Below are positions 55,262 through 64,000 of a stretch of DNA of 64,000 bases, piece after piece. The translations under genes and the position numbers were made by a program. Position 1 is the first letter of the stretch, and each line of letters starts with the position of its first letter. Source of the stretch: Octopus sinensis (taxonomy: Eukaryota); contig NC_043000.1 in the NCBI RefSeq assembly GCF_006345805.1, positions 57,660,001 through 57,724,000 of the forward strand, read 5' to 3'. Under the pieces are notes generated by a model. It searched no databases. It was not told the DNA's origin and saw only the letters and a program-made list of their open reading frames with translations.

Positions 55262-55936
55262 ATATTCTATAATTATAAGCATAATTATAATCAGGGGTCA
55301 GCTAATTGCTTCGCCATGCACCGAATTTAGAAATAGCAGTTAAAATACCATTCTGCTATCATAAATATCTCCCAGACAGTAACACACTTTTTTACATAGG
55401 CAAAGAGAAAAAATAACAAATCCACACAACTTAGATTAGCTACATACACGTTTCAGGATTAAAGTAAAGTTATATTTACTTACTTATTTCACCTCATCAG
55501 TGCAGCACTTCAAATATAAATTTGAGAGTGTTAGAATTAAATATGTATGTGATCAAGCATCATCGCATAACTGATATTTAACTAGCACTTCCAAAAATAT
55601 ACAGTTGAATGAGAACACGTATTTATCCTCAAAAACCCACGCGTATTACGAGTAATATCAGTTATGTGATGACGCTTGATCGCATACATATTTAATTCTA
55701 ACACTCTCAAAAGTAAGTAAATATAACTTTACTTTAATCCCGAAATGCATATGTAGCTAATCTAAGCCGTGTGGATTTGTTATTTTTTTATCTTTACCTA
55801 CGTAAAAAAAGTGTGTTACTGTCTGGGAGATATTTATGGTAGCAAAATGGTATTTTAACTGCTATTTCTAAATTCGATGCATGGCAAAGCAATTAGCTGA
55901 CTCCTGATTATAATTATGCTTATAATTATAGAATAT
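55262..55936. repeat. 675-bp inverted repeat (arms ~280-315 bp, ~75-bp spacer)
   Basis: Arms 55262-55578 and 55654-55936. 36 bp (55486-55521) is present only in the left arm. Confidence 0.93.
55439..55506 (-). ncRNA. Candidate Penelope-type hammerhead ribozyme with extended stem II
   Basis: Minus strand reads GCTGCA CTGATGA GG...AAGTAAA-tataac-TTTACTT...CCT GAA ACGTGT A TGTAGC. Stem I is 6 bp with one G:U. The core is canonical CUGAUGA and GAAA, with a GUA cleavage triplet. Confidence 0.65.
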
Positions 55937-56968
55937 ATATATACATACATATATATTGGCATGTAAAAGCACCCACTACACTTTCGGAGTGGTTGGCATT
56001 AGGAAGGGCATCCAGCTGTAGAAACTCTGCCAGATCAGATTGGAGTCTGGTGCAGCCATCTGGATCGCCAGACCTCAGTTAAATCGTACAACCCATGCTA
56101 GAATGGAAAGCGGACGTTAAACAATGATGATGATGATGATGATGCATGCATGCACATATACATGATGGACTCTCCCTTTGAGAATGACATATGAGTGTTC
56201 AGCTTTTGCCGAACAACCTGCACAAATTATTTGTTTTGTTCGTGCCCACATTAGCTTACTCTCTCCATCAAATCGATGTTCTCTGAACAGGTGCACTGTG
56301 TGCCATGCATCAAGTGTCGAAGTGAATGTAGAGCAACGTAAAATGAAGTGTTTTGCTCAAGAACACAATGCACCACCCGGTCCAGGAATTGAAACCACAA
56401 TTGCTAGTTGATGAGTGCAACACCCTAACCACTAGGCCACACACATGCATGATTATACATACATACATACACACACATATGAATATACATACATGTCTTT
56501 TCCAGGTAACCAATGTAGTCTTTCCAATGTGAAAGTTATATTGGCTTTGAAGAAAAGCTTAAAACTAGCATGTGTATTATTGCTCTTTGGCAATTACAAA
56601 GAGAGGAATTAATGAAAATAATCAATTTTAGAAATAACAATAAAGTTGAGAACTCTGGATAAGCTATTGAAAGTTGACTGCATCCTAATTAATTAGTAGG
56701 CACCTGGGTGTTCATTTTTATAGTTAATTACTTGTAGCAAACTACTTAAAAATATTAATTTAATAAAACACAAGGTCTGCTATAGCATTTAATGAATGAT
56801 AAGGTATACGTATATAGCTAAGTTTAAACAATTTATACAGCTAAATAAATAATGTACACTTCTGTTCAGTATTCACCTAACTAAATGACCTGTGCTTTAG
56901 GGGAAATATACAGAAATACTGAAACTATTGTAGCAGCTAAGAGCCAGAGATGCACATTTCAAAGGGAT

Positions 56969-56970
56969 GA

Positions 56971-57021
<51 letters not shown>

Positions 57022-57062
57022 GAGAGAGAGAGAGAGGAGAGAGAGAGAGGAGAGAGAGAGAG

Positions 57063-57096
<34 letters not shown>

Positions 57097-57102
57097 CTGA
57101 GA

Positions 57103-57135
<33 letters not shown>

Positions 57136-57152
57136 GAGCTGAGAGAGAGAGC

Positions 57153-57209
<57 letters not shown>

Positions 57210-57217
57210 GAGAGAGA

Positions 57218-57291
<74 letters not shown>
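56969..57291. repeat. Interrupted (GA)n microsatellite (others at 2095-2184, 21115-21160, 42480-42577)
   Basis: Direct inspection. Confidence 0.95.
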
Positions 57292-57293
<2 letters not shown>

Positions 57294-59225
57294 CTGTTAA
57301 TCATACAAGTAATGATTCCATCATATCAAATTCAATGTGGTTTGAGTTAAGATCAGCTGTACTTTTCATAATAGATTAGGATTTATAAATTAGAGTATGT
57401 AGTGAAAGCATCATTAAAAATTTAGAGTTCTTAGCATTTAGAGTTTTTTAAAAAAATGTATTGCTTATTTAGTCACATTGTTTTGAATTAATAATGCACT
57501 ATCTTGTAGCTCTGGAATTTCAGTGGTGTGTTTGCATATTTTTAGAATGGCATTGTAGGATACATCAAAGAGGTTAGATCTGGTCAGTTTTAACATAAAA
57601 CAGAGAGAATATTTGGGCCAGATATGGCTGGATCAAATGCTAAATGGCTAATTATGGCTTATATATTCTATATAAAATAATGTTTGTCATCAAATGATAC
57701 ATTTTCTCACTGCATATTCAATTTTATTCTAGGTTCTTAGTATTTCGTTCAATAACCCTTTTAGCATTTAAACCAGCCATATTTAGCCCAAATATTCTAC
57801 CTGTTTTATACTCATACTAGCCAGTGTCATTCTAAAGATATACAATCCTATCATTAAAATTTTGAAGCTATGAGATAATGCATGATTAATTTAAAATGAC
57901 ATGGATTAATAAGCATTACATTTGGTAGAATAATCTGAATGCTAAATGGTTAAATACACTATCATTCATTTAATAATAATAAAGAAAATATTTCTTATAA
58001 CTGTTCTGTTGTTTGCATACTTCCATAATTCATTATCTTCATTTCTAGTCTCTGTGGCATTAAATAGATACAAATCACCTCTTGGTTAGGACACCATTTT
58101 AGCACGGGTAACATTTTATGCAGGAGACAGAATTAGCACTTTACTATACAAACCAATGAATTATTTAGCTGTTTACAATGCAACCACTACTCATAGCAAT
58201 AAAATAAATTGCATTTCAATGCAGTAAATTTAGAGCTGAGTGCACTAGGATCTTGACAATTTATGTGATGTTGGCTATAAATATAAAACAATGTTAGTAG
58301 TGGCAGGATATGAACTGCTGACCTTGTTGCTGATTGCTCTGTATAACGCAGTTTTTGTCCTTGGGTAACAACTGGTATTTCCTATTTGCTTACTCTTAGA
58401 AACTATGAAGAATGCTAATATTTCCTTTAGATTTTCCTATTGTTACATTTATTCAAACCCAAAAGAATCCTTCTCAATACATGGCTATGATGCTCCTTCA
58501 CTACTCCGGCTCGTGATCAGAGTTGCACATATTGTCAGCCACTAAGGGACATGCTCAAGTGGTTAAAGTCAAGCAACTGACAAGCAAATCTGTGGTATTG
58601 AGCAAAATATTTGTTATAATGATATTTTTGCTTCAGCAACTCAGTACTGAATCTGTTTGAAATGTAAAGGGAAATAGGTCAGTTTCAAAACATTGATGTC
58701 CAGGTCACAAAACCAAAGTTTAAAGGGAATAGAAGTTATTTCCTTTGATTTCTAGACAAAAGTAAAGAAGAAATAACACTTACTAGCCAAAGACAAAAAT
58801 AAATAAATAAATAAATAAGAACAAAATTTTGTTATACATTTGTCTGTCAACCATTCAATACAGCTATTCAGTTGTCACCAATCAATAAGCTACTGTAACT
58901 GCATTTCAATCTGATTTAAAATGTAAAATTGATTAAAATATTTTTCCCAATATATAAATGAGTAATTTATTATGTATGAATAATTAATAAAAATACAGAG
59001 CCTGAGAGGCTGTGTGCACCTGATCAAGAATAATATAGGAAAATACTTAACAACCTGAGCCACTACAATATTAAAGACTATGAAATTAATTGCTTACAAC
59101 TATGTTACTTGGAATATAAACAAATTTCAAGACTTTTTTGGTATACAAACATGACAATATCAGGTGCTACCATCATTATACTCATACTTATGCAGATGTA
59201 CACATGCATATATATGCATTATGTG

Positions 59226-59263
<38 letters not shown>

Positions 59264-59544
59264 GAAACTACCACCTGTATCATGTGAAAGGTAGAAGAGT
59301 CCAGTTTGCTGGACATTGTTGTAGAGCTGAAAACAAGGTAATTTCTACTCATCTCCTCTGGAAGCTATCTGCTCGTGACACCAGAGGGCGCACACTCTCC
59401 TACCCTGATGTAATCTCCAGGGATACAGGCATCCAGCAACAGGACCTCTGTAATGCTATGATGGACCATGAGGTCTGGTGTGGCACGGTAAATTCCATTG
59501 TCCTGACCACGGTCGAACAATCATGATGGTATATATATATAAAG

Positions 59545-59920
59545 GTGCAGATGTGGCTCTGTGGTAAGAAATTTGCTTCTCAACTACAAAGTTCTGGGTT
59601 CAGTCCCTTTGTGTAACACCTTGGGTACATGTCTTCTACTATAACCCCTGGCAGATCAAAACCTTGTGAGTGGATTTAGTAGATGAAAATTCAAAGAGGC
59701 ACTGGTATTTGGAGACAAACACAACACACACACACACATGTTTGTGTGTATATGTGCATGTGTATGTGTGTGTTTGTCTCTTAACATGACAGATGCCGGT
59801 TTGTTTATGTCCTCATAACTCAGTGCTTCAGCAAAAGTGACTGATAGAATAAGTACTAGACTTTTATACAACAAAATAGTACTAGGGCTGATCTATTTGA
59901 CTAAACCCTTCAAGACAGTT
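59545..59920 (+). mobile_element. tRNA-derived SINE family E (other copies ~995-1130, ~31975-32205, ~39680-39890)
   Basis: GTGGCTCTGTGGTAAGAAATTTGC...GGGTTCAGTCCC (A/B-box-like), CCTTGGGTACATGTCTT, an internal TG repeat, and a GATAGAATAAGTAC 3' part. Confidence 0.75.
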
Positions 59921-60750
59921 CCCCGTGTGAGTGTGATAATTTATTTGACAGTCAATATTCACAATATCCAGAATAAATCAGTGTTTTCAACACAACTGGA
60001 ATGCCTTTGGTTATAAACCTTCTTTATCAGAGCTAAGCTGAGCCAAAACAACAATATAATAATCATCATTAATTTTACATATGTAACTTTCAATTAACTT
60101 TTGTTTCTTTAGCATGTGTTTGAAACTAATGTACCAAGACCAATATTTATGGGTATAAATATTAAGAGACAATAAACACTTCTAAAATCCATATTAATAT
60201 AAATTAAATCAAAATGCATAGATAACATGAGCCAATAAAAAAAAAAAACCTTGAACTGACCACTCATGCTAGAAATAGCAGCTAAATATCTCTCACTTTT
60301 TATCAGAGTTGACTTATGGACAAGTAACAATAAGTGTGGTCACAAATACGTGATCAAAATCATGTTAACTGGAGGATGCAACCAAATTACTGATATTTCT
60401 ATTTCTAACTACTTTCTTATGTAGAATTAAATAATTGATATGCCTTATTATGTACAATAATCACCAAATTTACATCTCCAGAAAATTCATTCTGGATATT
60501 GCTTATTATATACTTTGTCTGAGAGGACTTGTGCGGTTAGAACTATATCAAAACTGATGAAATCCTGTTTCTATGATTTATTAGTCATTAGACTTGAATG
60601 TTCTCTCTTGGTGTTATAATCCCAAATTTGCATCACAGTAAGACAGAAATATCTTACCACGACAATTTATTAATTCATGTGGTGTAAGGTAATGTGTGTA
60701 TATGTATTTGTGCACATGTATGCATGTGTGTTAATATATATAATATATAA

Positions 60751-61147
60751 GGTGGTTAGCTGGCAGAAATGTTAGCATGCCAGGTGAGATGCTTAGTGGT
60801 ATTTCATCTGTCTTTATGTTCTGAGTTCCAGTTCCACTGAGGTCGACTTTGTCTTTCATCCTTTTGAGGTTGATAAATTATGTACCAGCTGTGTACTGAG
60901 GTCGATCTAAGCGACTGTCCCACCCTCCCCCAAAATTTCGGACCTTGTGCCTAGAGGAGAAAAGAATATATATAATATATATTTATCATATAAGGTGGTG
61001 AAATGGCAGAATCATCAGCACACTGGGTGAAATGCTTAGTGACATTTCATGTTCTGAGTTCAAATTCTGCCAAGGTCAACTTTGCCTTTCCTCCTTTTTG
61101 GATCGATAAAATAAGTACCAGTTGAGAACTGGGGTTGATGTAATCAA
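60751..61147 (+). mobile_element. Two tandem family-A SINEs (other dispersed copies: 19230-19480, 24290-24501, 29430-29710, 30900-30950, all minus)
   Basis: Same head and body motifs as the 13-17 kb array, here in sense orientation. Confidence 0.8.
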
Positions 61148-61329
61148 AATTTGAAATCAATATGTATGTACGTATGTATGTATATATATATATATATATA
61201 TATTTGTGGTGGGAGGGATGTATATACACATGCTAATAGCATCATCAATGTTTTTAAATCCATTCTTTAATGCTGGAATGGAACAAATGAATCAGGCTAT
61301 ATAATACACGTAGCCAATCTGTATAATAC

Positions 61330-61570
61330 TTACATTAATTAAAAAGTGTCTTCTCACAATGAAAGATTATGAGCAACGATCGGAATGAACAAAACAACAG
61401 CCAAAGGGAAAGAATGCAACTACAGAAATCCAGAGTTATGTACCCCTAGACAATTCCTGTACTGAAACCTACACGACATCACCAGTGTTAAGAGACTGTA
61501 CAAAAGAAAAAGAAAGAAAATATGTCGGTCTGACAGAGAAGCCATTCACAGCTACTTTTACCAACACACT
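61330..61570 (+). mobile_element. Penelope-like element GIY-YIG fragment
   Basis: SSHNERL, then ECNYRNPELC/PLDNSC...KYVGLTEKPF (one frameshift). This matches the PLE CNCR...CPLxGxC...YIGLTExxF pattern. Confidence 0.65.
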
Positions 61571-62889
61571 AGCTGTTTGTTACAAGCACTATTGCCTATA
61601 ACAAAATATTGCCTTCACAAACACACTAATTATAAGAAGGACACATGAGAAAACTGATAATGGTGGTTAGACATCGTTTAGATGATGCTGTGAAGAGTAG
61701 ATATTTTTACACATATCTCCAAAATAATTTTGTAAAGTTGGGTAGACTAAATCAGAAGCTGGGGAGGGGGGGTGACAGACATCATGTGCTTAACCCTTTA
61801 GCGTTTAGACTGCACATATCCAGCCCAAATATTCTACTTGTTTTATATTCAAACTAGCCAGATTTGGCCTCTCATACCTACCCTACAGTGTCATTCTAAA
61901 AATAACAATCATCATCGAAATATTGAAACTACAAGATAATGCTTGATTAATTAAAAACAATGTGAGTATATAAGCGTTGCATTTGACAGAATAATCTGAA
62001 TGCTAAAAAGTTAATCACCTGACAAACAATTTCTTCCCCTAATTTTACTCAATGTCGCCTAATTCCACCCAGGTTTGCTGGCACAACTTCATGTACCTAC
62101 CATGGTATAGATTTATTTTCATAGTTTCCTACACATACAAAGCCTACTCTATACATTTTAACACATGTATGTATACAACACATAAACTATATTTAACACA
62201 CACACACACACACACATACACAACAAATGACTCTGACAATGGTAGCATTAATTCTCTAGGTTGTTCAATTTTCTCAACTGTTCAATGGGCTGATTGAGTA
62301 AACCAATCAATTTATGAACCTATTATGACTACCAAAGAAGGTGTAAGTCAAATTTACTACAATAAAGAAATATGTAATGACCATTATATATGTCTGTCTG
62401 TCTGTCTATCTATCTATCAATATATATATATACACACACTAGAAGCTAAGCCTGGTTTCACCCAGTCGGTTTGGATGATGTGGCTGTAAAACCTGCTCTG
62501 TGTAAGCATTCGACTTGTTTGGGCATGCTTATGTTAAAAAACAATTTTAGAATGACTTTTTTCTGTCAAACTGCTAAAAATAACTGACCAACAAAAAAAG
62601 AAACCAACCAATATTCAACCAAATCAAAAACTAAACCCAAATATTAAGCAAACAAAGATGAACTATCTTACTTCCATTGCATGCACACATGCACACACAC
62701 ACATGCACACACATTCACAAACATATATTCACACAGAGTTGAAATGCTGTTTGATTTATTTTTTAGCGTACAATTTTCATCATCCCACTACCAGGTATGA
62801 CATCACCCCTTCCTTTCTCATTCATAAACACAAGAGTATTATTATAGCAGATTATCTTGGTAACCATGGGAGCTATGAAAAAAATACAA

Positions 62890-63577
62890 AGTCCAGCATC
62901 ATCACCAGATGCTCTGAGAGTGTAGCTACTAGAATAAGAATCAGCTGGGTAAAGTTCAGGGAGCTTCTATCTTTGTTGGAAAAAGGACCTCTCCCTCAGA
63001 GTGGAAGGCAGATTATATGATACCAGTGTGCGAGCAGTCATGCTACATGGCAGTCAAACATGAGATGTGACTGCAGAGGACATGCAAAGGCTGAGGACAG
63101 CTGCATAAAGAAGCGCTGATCTCTAACTGTGGCGGGAACCCGTAGAAGAGGTAGACCCAAGAAGACATGGAATTAGGTGGTGAAGCATGACCTTTGAATG
63201 TGAGGTCTCATGGAGGTGATGACAAGTGATGATTTGCTGGGCTTGAGAAGATGCATCAAGCCAAGTGAAATTGTAGCTGTGGCCAGTGCCGGTGAGAGGT
63301 AACAGCATCCATGCCGGTGACACGTAAAAGCACCCATGCTGGTGACATGTAAAACACCACTGCTGGTAACACATAAAAGCACCTGTGCTGGTGACACGTA
63401 AAAAGGCACCCACTACACTCTCGGACTAGTTGGTGTTAGGAAGGGCATCCAGCTATAGAAACTAGGACATAGTCAGACTGGATCCTGGTGCAGCTATCTG
63501 GTTTGCCAGTTCCAATCAAACCATATAACCCATGCCAGTAATAAAAGCAGATGTCAAATGATAAGGGTGATGATGAT
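62890..63577 (+). mobile_element. RTE-clade LINE 3' fragment; tail-only copies at ~4175-4382, 5190-5450, 28731-28995(-), 31770-31955, 50880-51070, 55958-56143
   Basis: Frameshifted CSESVATRIRISWVKFRELL...GRLYDT..RAVMLHGS and TRRRGRPKKTW motifs, then a GGCACCCACTACACTCTCGGA...GGAAGGGCATCCAGC UTR and a (GAT)n tail. Confidence 0.8.
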
Positions 63578-63831
63578 TTGTATGTGCATGTATTTGTGTA
63601 TATAGATACATATGTAATTGTGTAGCTATATAATTATATATCTATCTATATATCGCATGCAATTCTTAGTACTTAAGCCAGAGAATGCAATTTACAAAAA
63701 AATCAAAACTCTATGATTGTGTGATATATATATATATATATATATATATAGCATGTTTGCATTCTCTTTCCTTGTGTCTCTCATAAAAATTGAATGAATT
63801 ATATTAAAAGTGGATTTACTATTTGCATTTG

Positions 63832-63877
<46 letters not shown>

Positions 63878-64000
63878 GAGGTTAAAAGATACTTATGATG
63901 ATCTTAGGTATGTATTGCATGACTTACATCCAGGCAGGAAATGCCACAACTCTCTCTTTCTCTCTCTTTGTATACACACACACACACACACACATATATA

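Noticed and set aside
55487-55500. CTGATGAGGTGAAA (minus strand) read as a stem-II-less hammerhead
   Set aside because: Stems I and III do not pair in that register. The long-stem-II register using the GAAA at 55451-55454 pairs well.
60751-60830. tRNA-like sequences (A/B boxes) here and at other SINE heads
   Set aside because: They continue into SINE bodies and I could not fold a complete cloverleaf, so they are not tRNA genes.

Overview
AT-rich, repeat-dense eukaryotic DNA. The SINE, MITE and RTE repeat families point to an octopod cephalopod (inference). The only host gene I can support is the 3' part of an RZ-subfamily Regulator of G-protein Signalling gene (RGS17/19/20-like) on the minus strand. 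It has three coding exons with canonical GT-AG sites: 29230-29291, 27199-27365 and 24007-24180. The N-terminal cysteine-string exon was not found in the window. The rest is microsatellites, tRNA-derived SINEs (including a ~15-copy head-to-tail array with an exact 693-bp duplication), hAT-, piggyBac- and Tc1-type MITEs, a decayed Tc1/mariner transposase, and RTE, CR1/L2, L1-like and Penelope-like (GIY-YIG) remnants. The most striking unexplained structure is a set of unrelated long palindromes beside (TA)n tracts (4476-4745, 43234-43399, 51607-51874, 55262-55936), plus single-arm relatives. By manual folding, their arms carry minimal hammerhead-ribozyme cores reading outward from the centre. 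One of these is a G3:C8-swapped core with an extra nucleotide after A9, and it is preserved on both strands. All folds were done by eye and no activity is demonstrated.
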